The notes: generated from the letters alone by a model not told the origin. A DNA stretch of 64,000 nt from Acidobacteriota bacterium (GCA_025456425.1 JALOKP010000017.1:2128-66127), one strand, 5' to 3'; positions 43,794-53,650 are shown, counted from the stretch's first letter. Numbers and translations are program-made.

Positions 43794-46700
43794 CTAGGGG
43801 CATTCCCCGGCCGCCGCGACCTGCCGCGGCCCGGCCGTGGCCGTCCCCCCGGGCCCGGAGCCGGCGCCGTTGGCGGCGACGACGAGGTACCAGAGGGCGT
43901 CACCCGCCGCCGGCGACGGCCCGGAGGGCGCAGCGGTCGCGCTCCCCTGCCAGCGGCGGCAGGAGTCGGCCTCCGGCGTGAGCAGCTTGGGCAGGTCCGC
44001 GATCGCTCCCTCGTGGACGGTGTACCAGGCCGCCCGCGGCGCCGGGTCCCACTCGAGCTGGCGGCCGTTCCGCCCGCCCCAGCGCAGGTCCGCGACCTCG
44101 CCAGGGACCGCCTGCGCACAGGATCCACAGGTCGGCTGGTCGAACACGAGATGCAGCGACCAAGAGTCCAGCGTGCCGACGCTGCCGTCCAGCGTATCGA
44201 GGACTTCGAGCTGCCAGGTGCCCGCTGCGGGCAGGCCGTGAAGCGCCGCGAGGGGCGCCTCCGGGCGCAGTGCGCAGGGGTTCGGCGGGAAGAACGCGTC
44301 GAGCCCGCGCTCGGCCCTATCGTCGAAGGTCGTCCCGGCGAAATCGGTACCGGGGCCGCGGTGCAGGGCCAGCGGGACGCGCGTCCGGTCCGGCGCGATC
44401 AGCGTCAGCTCCAGCGCCTCGACGGCGGGGTGAGAGATCCAGACCGTCACCTGGGCCTCGGCCACGACTCCGGCCCGCGCGACCGCGATCGACGAGAGCG
44501 CGGTCCCGGTGTCGGGGATCGCTGCCGGAAGCCCCTCCGCGCGCCCGGAGAACTCGCCCCCGACGACCAGCGTGCGCCGCGCGACCGCACTCGCCCCGCC
44601 TGCTCCGACCGTCAGCTCGAGCTCGAGCGGCGTCCCGCAGGCGACGCCCGCGTCGATGGTGAAGGCCGGAGGCGCCGCGCTGCGTCTGCCCCCCGGTCCC
44701 GGCACGACGCCGAACGTCGCCGCCGCCCGCGTGATCGTCACGCCCGGCGTGTCGGAGCTGAGCGTGGCCGAGGTGTCGGCCGCGAGCGAGGCGAGTTGGC
44801 CCACGCCGATCTCCAGCAGCACGTCCTCGCCCGGATCGATCACGCCGTCGCCACCCGCGCCGGTCCCGGCGCAGGCGTCCTCTTCAACGTGCGAGACCCA
44901 GGCCGCGGGCGGCCCCTCGACGACCTGCACGAAGAGGTCGTGCGTTCCCGGTGGCGGATTGCCCGGGTCGTCGGGCACGACGACCAGCGCGTACCGCACC
45001 TGGTAGGGCGCCGGCACGAACAGGTCGGCGGGCGGTCCCGCCGCACTGCGCGCAGGCGTGCCGAAGACGGTCGCGCCCTGCACCGCGGGAAGGAACGAGA
45101 GGACCATGGTCCCCGACCCGGGGCCGGCTGTGTCCAGAACCTGCCCCTCCGAGCTGACGATCGAGGCGAGATAGGGCACGGCGAGATCCACCGTCACCTG
45201 CACCTGGTGGCCGGAGAGCAGCTCGGCCGGACCGTCGTGCGGGCCGATCGGGATCGGGAACACCGTCGGGTCGATGTCCAGTTCGAAGTGGACCGGAACG
45301 TGGAGGCCGGAGAACAGCGCGGCCTGCAGCGTCGTCTGTTCGTCCTCGTCGCAGGCCAGGCCGATCCCGTCGCCGTCGGCGTCGAGCTGGCTCGCATTCG
45401 CCGCGAAGGGGCAGTTGTCCTGGCCGTCGAGCACCCCGTCGTCGTCGTCGTCCACGTCGCACGGGTTCCCTGCGCCGTCGCCGTCCGGATCGCCGTTGTC
45501 GGCCGATGCGACGCCGGGGCACAGGTCGCAGGCGTTGCCCACGCCGTCCCCGTCGGCGTCGGCCTGGGAGGGATTGGACTGCCCCGGGCAGTTGTCGGAT
45601 GCGTTCTCGATGGCGTCGCCGTCCTTGTCCCAGTCGCAGATGTCCCCGACCGCGTCGTGATCGGAGTTCGCCTGGTCCTTGTTGGCCTGGAGCGGGCAGT
45701 TGTCCTTGGTGTCGACGAGCGTGTCGCCATCGAAATCGTCGCAGGCGTCTCCCTTGGGGCTGCCGAAGGAGTTCTGCTGCCAGGGGTTGGCGACGCTGGG
45801 GCAGTTGTCGCTCGTGTCCGGTTCACCGTCGCCGTCGTCGTCCGCGTCGCAGGTGTCCCCCGCGCCGTCCTTGTCCTGGTCGACTTGACCGGAGTTCCAC
45901 TGCAATGGGCAGTTGTCCTTCGTGTCCGGCACGCCGTCGTCGTCGTCGTCGTTCTCGATCACGTCTTCGGTCCCATCGCAGTCGACGTCTCCCGAGCCGA
46001 GCCCGACCGCGGCGAACGCATTGCGGACGGTGCAGACGTTACCGGCATTGAAACTGTGCTTCCCGGACTTCGCGAATGACGCGGCGGCGCTCACGAAGGC
46101 GTTGCGGGCGGAGAGGAAACTCGACGAGGAGCTCAGGTACTGCGTCAGGACGGCGTACCAGAGCCGCTGGGTTTTCGCCTGTCCGATCCCCGGCACCACG
46201 TAGCCGCTGTGCGTCCCGCCGGCGCTGACGAGGTAGGCCGCCTTGTTCGGGATTCCGCTGTTGCGGTGCACTCCGCCGTTGTCGTCGGGCGCACCGTCGT
46301 TGTCGAAGTCGAGCGAGCTGTTGTAGTCGCTCCAGTGATCCGGCTGGCCCTGGCTGGGCGGGTCGGACATGTCGCGCAGCGGTGGGTTGCTGGGCCAGCT
46401 CTCGGCCAGCGTCCAGTTCCCGGGGTCGAGGAACTGGCCAAATACGTCGGAGAAGCTCTCGTTGAGCGCGCCGGGCTGGTACTTGTAGACCAGGTCCGCT
46501 TCGTGACGCGTCACCGAGTGGGTGTACTCGTGCCCTACCACGTCGGGCTCGACCGTGCCGCCGCTGAACTGCAGGAAGTCGCAGATGGAGCTGGACGTGG
46601 CCTGCGGGAACCCCTGTTTGCCCCAGCTCGCGGCGGTCCCGACGTGGATCGCCATGTGGATCGTCCCGCCGAAGTTGTCGTACGAGTCGCGCTGGTGAAC

Positions 46701-48632
46701 GTCCCAGAAGTACGCGTCGGTCGCCTGGATCGCGTTCCAGGCCGCCCAGCCCTCGGCATCGGGGTTGCCGATGTTGTAGCCGTGCTCGTCGAACCAGACG
46801 GTCAGCGGGAGCCAGCACTTGTATCCCGGCGAGTAGGGGCCGTCGTCGTCGCCGTTCATCAGCCTGAGATCGAACCACGATGCGTCGCGCGGCAGCCGCT
46901 CCAGGACGGTTCCGCTCGCGGCATCGACGAGGACGATCTCGGCGTCGAGCCGGACGGCCCACGCCAGGCGCGGCGGGCGGACTCCGCGATCGTCGAGCAG
47001 CGCCGGCGCGTAGACGACGAGCCCCGTCCGCGCGAGTTGCTGGAGCGGCGCGCCGGCGTGGCTCGTCGCAATCGCCTCCGCCTGCGCGGCGCTGAGGCGC
47101 GGCTCGGGGTCGAGCGCCAGATCGGGAGCATAGCGGCCGGCGATGCCCACCACGCGGCGCCCCTCCAGGTGAACGACCAGCCCGCTCGGGAAGACCGGAA
47201 TCCCGCCGTGACGCTGTCGGAAGAAGAGGTGCCGGTCGTCCCGGGCGCGCCGCACGAGCTGCCACTCCGTCGCCGGATCGGGGGTGCGAAGCAGCGCGCG
47301 GTACTCGCCCAGGAACCAGCGCGCGCGGGATGCGCCGTCCGGCGCGATCACCGAAGGCGGCTCGAGCTCGAAGCTCGCGAAGTGGACCCCGCCCGTCGCC
47401 TCCTCGGTCAGGAGGCGGACCGGCTCGGTCGACGCGGCGGAGAGCCGTGCGCGGTCGGCCTGCTGCGCCGCGTCGCGGGCGCTCAGGTCGGGTGGTACCT
47501 CGGTCGCTGGCATCGCGCACAGCACGCGTAGCCGGGGCGGCCCGTCCGCGCCGAGCGCTTCGCGGCTGTCGATTTCGAGCGTCGTGCCCGGGGTGGGCGT
47601 CGCGAGCTGCAGCGACGGCTCGACCTGTCCGGCATTGGCCCACGCGGCTACGAGCGGGGTCACTTCGATCCCGAGGATCCCCGCCACCAGGGTCGAGGTT
47701 CGGCTGGCGTGCACCGGTCCGGCGGCGGGTTGCGACGACCAGCTCACCGTCGCCTCGTTCCAGGCGCCGTCGACGCGGCGCACCTCGAGCGTGTAGGGGA
47801 CGGTTCCGAGCGCAGCGCGGAGCGGCAGTTCCAGCCGCGCGGCCTGCACCGTCGCCCCGACCGGAATGCTGGGCGTGACGTCGAACCGCAGCAGGGTCCG
47901 CGACTCGTCGTCGCCCTGCGCGACGAGCAGCGTGCCGTCGGAGCCGAAGTTCGTGCCCGCCTGGGAGGCCCGCACCTCGGCGTCGGCCAGCGCGTCGAAC
48001 AGGCCGCCGCAGGCGCAGGGAGCGTCGTCCGCTTCGGCGGCACGCCAGCCCGCGGGGACGGTGGGGGCCGCACCGACGGGCCACACTGCGCTCGTGCCCG
48101 GCCCGAGTGCGTCGGCGTGCTCCACCGCGAGGCGAAACGGAAGGCCGCAGGTTCCGGCCTGCAGGCCGATGATCGAGACCCGGAACTCGGCCGACTCCCG
48201 CGCGCGTCCGATCTGCACCGCGCCGCTCCAGTGCGGCTCGAGGCCGGGCCGGGGAGCCCACCCGCTTCCGGCCGGGTCCCCGTGCCGGCTGGCGCGCACA
48301 CCGCTCTCGACCGCGACCGAAAGGGCGGCGTCGGCGGTTCGGGGCGTCACGCCGCCGTCCCCCTGCGGATCCAGGTAGAGCGCGATCGTGCGCGATGCCG
48401 CGCTCCCCAGCGGCACGTCCACGCAGACCCAGAGCGACGAGCCGTCGTGCTTGAACGAAACGGAGGCCGGCTGCCCGGCGTCGACGAAGCTCTCGGTCAC
48501 GCCGTCGCCGTAGTCCCCGCAGTCCCCGTCGAGCGAGGGGGCGGAGCCGGGCGGGACCAGGAGCGGCGGCGTCTGGGAGAAGGCCACTTCGGCTGACAAA
48601 CCGATCAGTGCGACGAGCAGCGAGCTGCGCAT
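43794..48632 (-). CDS. Secreted multidomain M4 (thermolysin-like) metallopeptidase: DNRLRE-like domain, FTP/PepSY propeptide, M4, thrombospondin type-3 repeats, P-domain
   Basis: HEYTH, GALNESFSD and GGVHRNSGIPNK. Repeated DNCP..N..Q.D.D.DG.GD.CD. P-domain motif GTWQLEVLD..GTLDSWSL. Signal peptide with GGAGG RBS. Confidence 0.92.
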   Translation of the reverse strand: MRSSLLVALIGLSAEVAFSQTPPLLVPPGSAPSLDGDCGDYGDGVTESFVDAGQPASVSFKHDGSSLWVCVDVPLGSAASRTIALYLDPQGDGGVTPRTADAALSVAVESGVRASRHGDPAGSGWAPRPGLEPHWSGAVQIGRARESAEFRVSIIGLQAGTCGLPFRLAVEHADALGPGTSAVWPVGAAPTVPAGWRAAEADDAPCACGGLFDALADAEVRASQAGTNFGSDGTLLVAQGDDESRTLLRFDVTPSIPVGATVQAARLELPLRAALGTVPYTLEVRRVDGAWNEATVSWSSQPAAGPVHASRTSTLVAGILGIEVTPLVAAWANAGQVEPSLQLATPTPGTTLEIDSREALGADGPPRLRVLCAMPATEVPPDLSARDAAQQADRARLSAASTEPVRLLTEEATGGVHFASFELEPPSVIAPDGASRARWFLGEYRALLRTPDPATEWQLVRRARDDRHLFFRQRHGGIPVFPSGLVVHLEGRRVVGIAGRYAPDLALDPEPRLSAAQAEAIATSHAGAPLQQLARTGLVVYAPALLDDRGVRPPRLAWAVRLDAEIVLVDAASGTVLERLPRDASWFDLRLMNGDDDGPYSPGYKCWLPLTVWFDEHGYNIGNPDAEGWAAWNAIQATDAYFWDVHQRDSYDNFGGTIHMAIHVGTAASWGKQGFPQATSSSICDFLQFSGGTVEPDVVGHEYTHSVTRHEADLVYKYQPGALNESFSDVFGQFLDPGNWTLAESWPSNPPLRDMSDPPSQGQPDHWSDYNSSLDFDNDGAPDDNGGVHRNSGIPNKAAYLVSAGGTHSGYVVPGIGQAKTQRLWYAVLTQYLSSSSSFLSARNAFVSAAASFAKSGKHSFNAGNVCTVRNAFAAVGLGSGDVDCDGTEDVIENDDDDDGVPDTKDNCPLQWNSGQVDQDKDGAGDTCDADDDGDGEPDTSDNCPSVANPWQQNSFGSPKGDACDDFDGDTLVDTKDNCPLQANKDQANSDHDAVGDICDWDKDGDAIENASDNCPGQSNPSQADADGDGVGNACDLCPGVASADNGDPDGDGAGNPCDVDDDDDGVLDGQDNCPFAANASQLDADGDGIGLACDEDEQTTLQAALFSGLHVPVHFELDIDPTVFPIPIGPHDGPAELLSGHQVQVTVDLAVPYLASIVSSEGQVLDTAGPGSGTMVLSFLPAVQGATVFGTPARSAAGPPADLFVPAPYQVRYALVVVPDDPGNPPPGTHDLFVQVVEGPPAAWVSHVEEDACAGTGAGGDGVIDPGEDVLLEIGVGQLASLAADTSATLSSDTPGVTITRAAATFGVVPGPGGRRSAAPPAFTIDAGVACGTPLELELTVGAGGASAVARRTLVVGGEFSGRAEGLPAAIPDTGTALSSIAVARAGVVAEAQVTVWISHPAVEALELTLIAPDRTRVPLALHRGPGTDFAGTTFDDRAERGLDAFFPPNPCALRPEAPLAALHGLPAAGTWQLEVLDTLDGSVGTLDSWSLHLVFDQPTCGSCAQAVPGEVADLRWGGRNGRQLEWDPAPRAAWYTVHEGAIADLPKLLTPEADSCRRWQGSATAAPSGPSPAAGDALWYLVVAANGAGSGPGGTATAGPRQVAAAGECP
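45335..45985 (-). repeat. Thrombospondin type-3 Ca-binding repeat array inside the M4 peptidase gene
   Basis: About six (DN/DL)CP...DGDG.G..CD units. Confidence 0.85.
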
Positions 48633-48729
48633 GTCCAACCTCCGTGCTCCTAATACGCAAACGGCTCGAAAGCGGGGTCGCGACAGCGGTATCTTCCCGG
48701 CGTAAGGCTCGCGAACGGAGCGCCGGCGC

Positions 48730-49335
48730 GTGGATCCCGGGACGATCACGCAGCAGCTCCTGGCCGCCCGCGAGGGCGGACGCGAGGAGCGCGATCGCCT
48801 GCTGGAGTCGGTCTACGCACAGCTCAAGCAGATCGCCGTCAACAGCCTGCGCGGCGGGCGCGGTTCGGCGACGCTCGATGCGACCGACCTGCTCCACGAG
48901 GCCTACCTGCGAATGATCGACCAGACGCAGGCCGACTGGCGCGACCGCAGCCACTTCTTCGCGGTCGCGGCTCGCGCGATGCGCCAGATCACGGTCGACC
49001 ACGCGCGGCGACGTCACGCCGCCAAGCGTGGCGGGCCGGCGCGCCCCGAGACGCTCGACGAAACGCACGCGAGTTGGAACCCGTCGCCCGAGACCGTTCT
49101 GGACGTCGACGCTGCGCTGCGCCGGCTCGAGGCGATCAGTCCGAGGCTGGTCGAGGTGGTCGAACTCTGCTTTTTCGCCGGAATGACCACCGAGGAAGCG
49201 GCCGCCGCGCTCGACGTCAGCCCGCGCACCGTGAAACGCGACTGGCAGAAGGCGCGGACGCTGCTCTACGCGCTGATTCGTGGCCCCGTTCCCCCGCCGA
49301 TTGCGTGCTCGGAGCGGGATCGGAGGTCCGGGTGA
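48730..49335 (+). CDS. ECF sigma factor, TIGR02999/ECF43-like (kinase-associated)
   Basis: TLDATDLLHEAYLR, HFFAVAARAMRQI.VDHAR...KRGG, VVEL.FFAG and TVKRDW.KAR. Confidence 0.93.
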   Translation: MDPGTITQQLLAAREGGREERDRLLESVYAQLKQIAVNSLRGGRGSATLDATDLLHEAYLRMIDQTQADWRDRSHFFAVAARAMRQITVDHARRRHAAKRGGPARPETLDETHASWNPSPETVLDVDAALRRLEAISPRLVEVVELCFFAGMTTEEAAAALDVSPRTVKRDWQKARTLLYALIRGPVPPPIACSERDRRSG

Positions 49336-52300
49336 ACGACGACCTGCTGCGGCTGTGGACGCGCGCAGAGCGGATCCTCGACGAGCTGCTCGACCTGGAC
49401 GCCGACGAACGCGCGGCGAGGGTGGGTCCCGCCTGCGGGGATGACGCCGCGCTGCAGCGCGCGGTGCGGGAACTGCTGGACGCCGAGCGCGCCTCCGGGG
49501 AGTTCCTCGCCAGGCCCGCGCTCGCCGTGCCGGGGGACGAGCCCGCGGCCTCGTCCGAGATTGGCCGCCGGATCGGACCCTACCGCCTGGTCGCCGAGCT
49601 GGGGCGCGGCGGGATGGGAATCGTCTACGCCGCGGAGCGCGACGACGGGGAGTTCCAGCAGCGGGTGGCGCTGAAGCTGCTCGACGCCGGGGTGCGAACT
49701 CCCGCCGCGATCGAGCGCTTCCGCCGCGAGCGCGAGATCCTGGCCCGGCTGCAGCACCCGCACGTCGCCCGGCTCTACGACGGCGGCGTGACCGACGACG
49801 GCAACCCCTTCCTGGTGATGGAACTGGTCGAGGGCGCACGGATCGACGAGTACTGCGACGCGCGGGGCCTGTCGCTCGGCGAGCGGCTGCGGCTGTTCGT
49901 GCAGGTTTGCCAGGCGGTCGAGTACGCGCACGGCCGGCTCGTGGTGCACCGCGACATCAAGCCGGCGAACGTCGTCGTCGACCACGCGGGTGCGGTCCGG
50001 CTGCTCGACTTCGGGATCGCGGGCTGGCTCGACGAGATCGGGGAGGCCGCCGGGACGACCGCCACGGCAGCGCGCGTGCTGACGCCGGCTTACGCTGCCC
50101 CCGAGCAGCTGCGCGGCGAGCCGGCGGCGGTCGCGACCGACATCTATCAGCTCGGGCTGCTGCTCTACGAGCTGATCGCGGGGCGCCGCGCCCACGGCGA
50201 CTCGCGCTCCTCGCCAGCCGAGCTGATCGACACCGCGCTGCACCGCGACCCGCCGCCGCCAAGCCAGGGCGTGGCGGCCGACCGGCTCGCGCGCCGGCTG
50301 GCCGGGGACCTGGACGCGATCGCCCTCAAGGCGCTGCGCAAGGAGCCGGCCGAGCGCTACGCCACCGCGGAAGCGCTGCGGCGCGACGTCGAGAGCGTGC
50401 TGGCGGATCGGCCGGTCGAGGCCCGGCGCGGCAACGCGCTCTACCGGCTGCGCAAGGGGCTGCGCCGCCATCGCGTCCCGGTCGCGGCCGCCGCGGCGGC
50501 GGGGCTGTCCATCGTGCTCGGCGTCGCCGGCGTGCTGGCCCAGGCGCGGGTCACGGCGCACGAGCGGGACCGCGCCCGGTCCGCCGAGGCGCGGGCCGCC
50601 GCGATCAACGACTTCCTGGTGCAGGAGCTGCTGCTCGGCGCGACGCCGGAAAAGGCGCGCGGGCGCGAGCTGACCGTGGCCGAGGTGCTGGGCAACGCCT
50701 CGCGCGCCGTCGGCACCGCGCTGGGCTCGCAACCGGCGACCGAGGGGGACGTCCGGCTGGCGCTGGCGCAGAGCTACGTCGCGCTGGGGAACTACCCCGA
50801 GGCCCGGGCCCACGCCGAGGCGGCCATGTCCTGCTTCGCGTCGTCGACGACGGGTGATCGGCTCCGGGCCCGGCGCCAGCTCGCGGAGCTGACGATGCTC
50901 GAGGGACGCGTCCAGGAGGCGCGGGCCGAGGCGGACGCGTTGGTCGCCGCGTGCCTCGGAGGGCTGGGCGAGGACCACGGGGAGACGCTCCGAGCGCGGT
51001 TGCTGGCGGCGCGCGTCGCCACCTCCGAGGGGCGACCGACCGATGCGGCACAGGCCCTGCAGGCGCTGCTCGAGGCCCAGTCCCGCATCTCGCCGGGCGA
51101 CTGGCGCCTCGCGCTGGAGATCCGCGAAGCGCTCATCGACGCGTTGACGCGGGCGCAGCGGGCCGCGGACGCGGCGGCCCTGGCCGAGCAGACGCTGGGG
51201 ATCCTGCGCGAGCGGCTCGGCCCCGACCACCCGGCTTCGATCGAGGGGCTGCGTCGGCTCGCGACGGCGAAGTCGAAGCTGTTGCTGCACCCGCACGCGC
51301 TCGCGCTGCACCGCGAGGTGCTGGCGCTCTGCGAACGGACGGCGGGCCCGGAGCACCCCGACACGGCCGACGCCTGGGTCGACGTCGCGGTCGACCTGAG
51401 CCGGCTCAACCGGGCCGAGCCGGCGCGCGAGGCGACCGAGCAGGCCCTCGCGATCTACGAGCCGGCGCTCGGAGCCGACCACCCGCGGACGATCCGCGCG
51501 CTGCGCAACCTGGCTGTGCTGGCCAGCCAGGCCGGGAACTACGAGGACGCCGAGCGGGCCTACGCGCGGGTGCTCGAGGCGCGAACGCGTCGGCTGGGCG
51601 AGTTCCATCCGGACACGATCGGCGCCCGCCGCGACCGGCAGCTGCTGCTGTTGCGGGCCGGCCGGATCGCGGAGGCCCGCACCGAGGCGCGGACGATCGC
51701 GGCCGCGTACGAGCGGCTGGCCTCGGGTGGCACCCCCGATCCGACGCTGCTCGACGCCTACGCCGGATACCTGCTCGCGGTCGACCCGCCCGACTGCCGC
51801 GACCCGCAGCGGGCGCGCGTCCTCGCCGAGCAGGCCGTCGCCGCGACCGGGCGCCGCGAGTTCCTCAAGCTCGCGACGCTGGCGCGGGCCTGCCGGGCGA
51901 CCGGTGACGCCGAGGGGGCGATCGCCGCGGCGCGCGAAGCGCTGGCCCTGCCCGAGTCGATCCGCTCCTGGACCACCGAGATCCTGATGGTGGAGCTGCT
52001 GCAGGAGCACCGGTCGGAGGTCGAGCTGGAGGCGTTTCTGCGCGAGCGCCTGGAGCGGACGCGCGCGCTGCGCGGCCCCGACGACCCGCTGATCGCCAAG
52101 ACGCTGCGGCACCTCGCACAGCTCGAGGCGCGTGCCGGGCGTACCGCCGAGGCCGAGCGCCTGCTCGGGGAGTCCCTGGCTCAGCTGCGCCGAACGCTGC
52201 CGGAGAGCGACTGGGAGGTGGGGCGGGCCAAGAGCGAACTGGGCGCGCAGATGCTGGAGCGCGGTGCGCGGGCCGAGGCGCTGCCGCTCCTCGTCGACGG

Positions 52301-52388
52301 CTACGAGACGCTGGCCGCCGACCCCGGGATCGACGCCGCGCTGCTCGCCGCGGCGCGACGACGCGTCGTCGAGGCGACGGCCCGGTAG
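49332..52388 (+). CDS. Hanks-type Ser/Thr protein kinase with a TM helix and C-terminal TPR repeats
   Basis: GRGGMG, VALK, HRDIKPAN, DFG and TPAYAAPEQ, followed by LG.DHP TPR repeats. GTGA overlap with the ECF gene. Confidence 0.95.
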   Translation: MNDDLLRLWTRAERILDELLDLDADERAARVGPACGDDAALQRAVRELLDAERASGEFLARPALAVPGDEPAASSEIGRRIGPYRLVAELGRGGMGIVYAAERDDGEFQQRVALKLLDAGVRTPAAIERFRREREILARLQHPHVARLYDGGVTDDGNPFLVMELVEGARIDEYCDARGLSLGERLRLFVQVCQAVEYAHGRLVVHRDIKPANVVVDHAGAVRLLDFGIAGWLDEIGEAAGTTATAARVLTPAYAAPEQLRGEPAAVATDIYQLGLLLYELIAGRRAHGDSRSSPAELIDTALHRDPPPPSQGVAADRLARRLAGDLDAIALKALRKEPAERYATAEALRRDVESVLADRPVEARRGNALYRLRKGLRRHRVPVAAAAAAGLSIVLGVAGVLAQARVTAHERDRARSAEARAAAINDFLVQELLLGATPEKARGRELTVAEVLGNASRAVGTALGSQPATEGDVRLALAQSYVALGNYPEARAHAEAAMSCFASSTTGDRLRARRQLAELTMLEGRVQEARAEADALVAACLGGLGEDHGETLRARLLAARVATSEGRPTDAAQALQALLEAQSRISPGDWRLALEIREALIDALTRAQRAADAAALAEQTLGILRERLGPDHPASIEGLRRLATAKSKLLLHPHALALHREVLALCERTAGPEHPDTADAWVDVAVDLSRLNRAEPAREATEQALAIYEPALGADHPRTIRALRNLAVLASQAGNYEDAERAYARVLEARTRRLGEFHPDTIGARRDRQLLLLRAGRIAEARTEARTIAAAYERLASGGTPDPTLLDAYAGYLLAVDPPDCRDPQRARVLAEQAVAATGRREFLKLATLARACRATGDAEGAIAAAREALALPESIRSWTTEILMVELLQEHRSEVELEAFLRERLERTRALRGPDDPLIAKTLRHLAQLEARAGRTAEAERLLGESLAQLRRTLPESDWEVGRAKSELGAQMLERGARAEALPLLVDGYETLAADPGIDAALLAAARRRVVEATAR

Positions 52389-52400
52389 GGGCCGACGAGA

Positions 52401-52490
52401 GCCGCTGCGCAGGTGCTGCTCTCGGTCGCATTCTGGATCGTCGTGCCGACGGCGCTGGGGACGTACCGGCTGCGACGCGCGGACGTCTAG
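52401..52490 (+). pseudogene. Possible 3' remnant of an ABC-2-type permease gene
   Basis: The intergenic segment reads AAAQVLLSVAFWIVVPTALGTYRLRRADV*, resembling a terminal TM helix plus RR.D ending. It has no convincing start. Confidence 0.4.
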
Positions 52491-52495
52491 GCGCG

Positions 52496-53140
52496 CTACC
52501 GCCCCGCCCCCTCGGCCAGCTTCCGCGTCATGTCGACGAGGTGGTCCCACTCCTCGGGCCCGGCCGCCCAGTGGCTGCCGGCGAAGACCCACGGCCCGAC
52601 GAAGTCGACCTCGAGCGTCCACGCCGGGCCCCTGTCGTGCTCGAGGAAGGCGCGCTGGACGGCGTCGTTGACCAGCTCGGCCGCGACGCCCGGCTGCTCG
52701 CCCGTGACGATCCACATCGCGCGGAAGTCGGACGACCCGACGTCGAGCCGGTCGGGGGTCATCTTCTCGACCAGCGGCACGCGGCGGCTGATCGAGATCG
52801 GGGTTTCGGCGCGCGGCCCGTCGTGGCGCGCGAGGCAGGCGGTGCCGGTGAGGTCGCTCCGGCTGCCCCGCGTCCTCCAGTTGAAAGAGAAGAGGTAGAG
52901 CGAGCGCGGCGGCCCCTCGACGACGGTCAGCCCCCCGACGACTCGGATCTCCGCCGGCGCAAAGAGCGCGAGCGCCTCGCGTACTTCGTCCGGCGTCCCG
53001 GATGGCATTTCCCAGCCGTGCTTCCGGGCGTACTCCTGGCGCGCCGCTCGGTCCCGCTGCCCCTGCCAGCGTGCCACCAGGATGAAGACCACCGCGGCCG
53101 CGAGGAAGCCGCCGATCGTCAGGATCATCGTGCGGTCCAC
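52496..53140 (-). CDS. Hypothetical protein with an N-terminal TM anchor
   Basis: GGAGG RBS and GTG start. TM helix followed by YARKHGWE. Strong GC3 bias. Confidence 0.7.
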   Translation of the reverse strand: MDRTMILTIGGFLAAAVVFILVARWQGQRDRAARQEYARKHGWEMPSGTPDEVREALALFAPAEIRVVGGLTVVEGPPRSLYLFSFNWRTRGSRSDLTGTACLARHDGPRAETPISISRRVPLVEKMTPDRLDVGSSDFRAMWIVTGEQPGVAAELVNDAVQRAFLEHDRGPAWTLEVDFVGPWVFAGSHWAAGPEEWDHLVDMTRKLAEGAGR

Positions 53141-53180
53141 GGCCCCTCCCTCGCGCGTTCGCATCGCCGGCGGTGCGGTC

Positions 53181-53639
53181 TCAGCCGCCGGGCGGTCCCG
53201 GCCGCCGGAGCAGCGCCCCGATCATCGAACCGATCGCGGCGACGGTCAGCCCGGTCGAGACGAGCATGAAGAAGATCGCGAGGATCCCGAAGATCTTGCG
53301 GCCCCACACCGGCCCGAAGTCGACCTTCCGCGGATCGTCGCGCAGGTAGGTGATGTGCGTCGTGCCGCCCACGGAGAGCGAGCGCCAGGCGCGCGAGATG
53401 ATCTTCACCTCCGCCTCGTGCGGGCGCCCCTGCTCGTCCTCGAAGCGAACCCGTGCGTAGAAGTTCTCGAGCGGGAAGCCGCCTTCCTTGCGGAACTTCT
53501 CGAGGACGACGGCCTGGGCGGTCACGCCGTAGGCCCGGAACTCCCGCCCGCGCGACCAGAACCAGATGCTCCCGGCCAGCACGGTGATGCCGGCCACCGT
53601 CGCGAGGAGCGGCAGCAGCGCCTCGAGTCCCTTGCTCAT
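53181..53639 (-). CDS. DUF3592-like membrane protein
   Basis: TM, then GVTAQAVV, VRFEDEQG, VGG..ITYLRDDP, then TM. Confidence 0.75.
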   Translation of the reverse strand: MSKGLEALLPLLATVAGITVLAGSIWFWSRGREFRAYGVTAQAVVLEKFRKEGGFPLENFYARVRFEDEQGRPHEAEVKIISRAWRSLSVGGTTHITYLRDDPRKVDFGPVWGRKIFGILAIFFMLVSTGLTVAAIGSMIGALLRRPGPPGG

Positions 53640-53650
53640 GCCAGCAGGAT

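Noticed and set aside
52386-52490. Amber read-through (pyrrolysine-type) extension of the kinase
   Set aside because: No pyl genes or recoding signal were seen. An in-frame remnant occurs by chance one time in three.
46039-52715. Minus-strand ORFs of 1266 aa and 1149 aa
   Set aside because: Off-frame or antisense shadows of the M4 peptidase, ECF and kinase genes.
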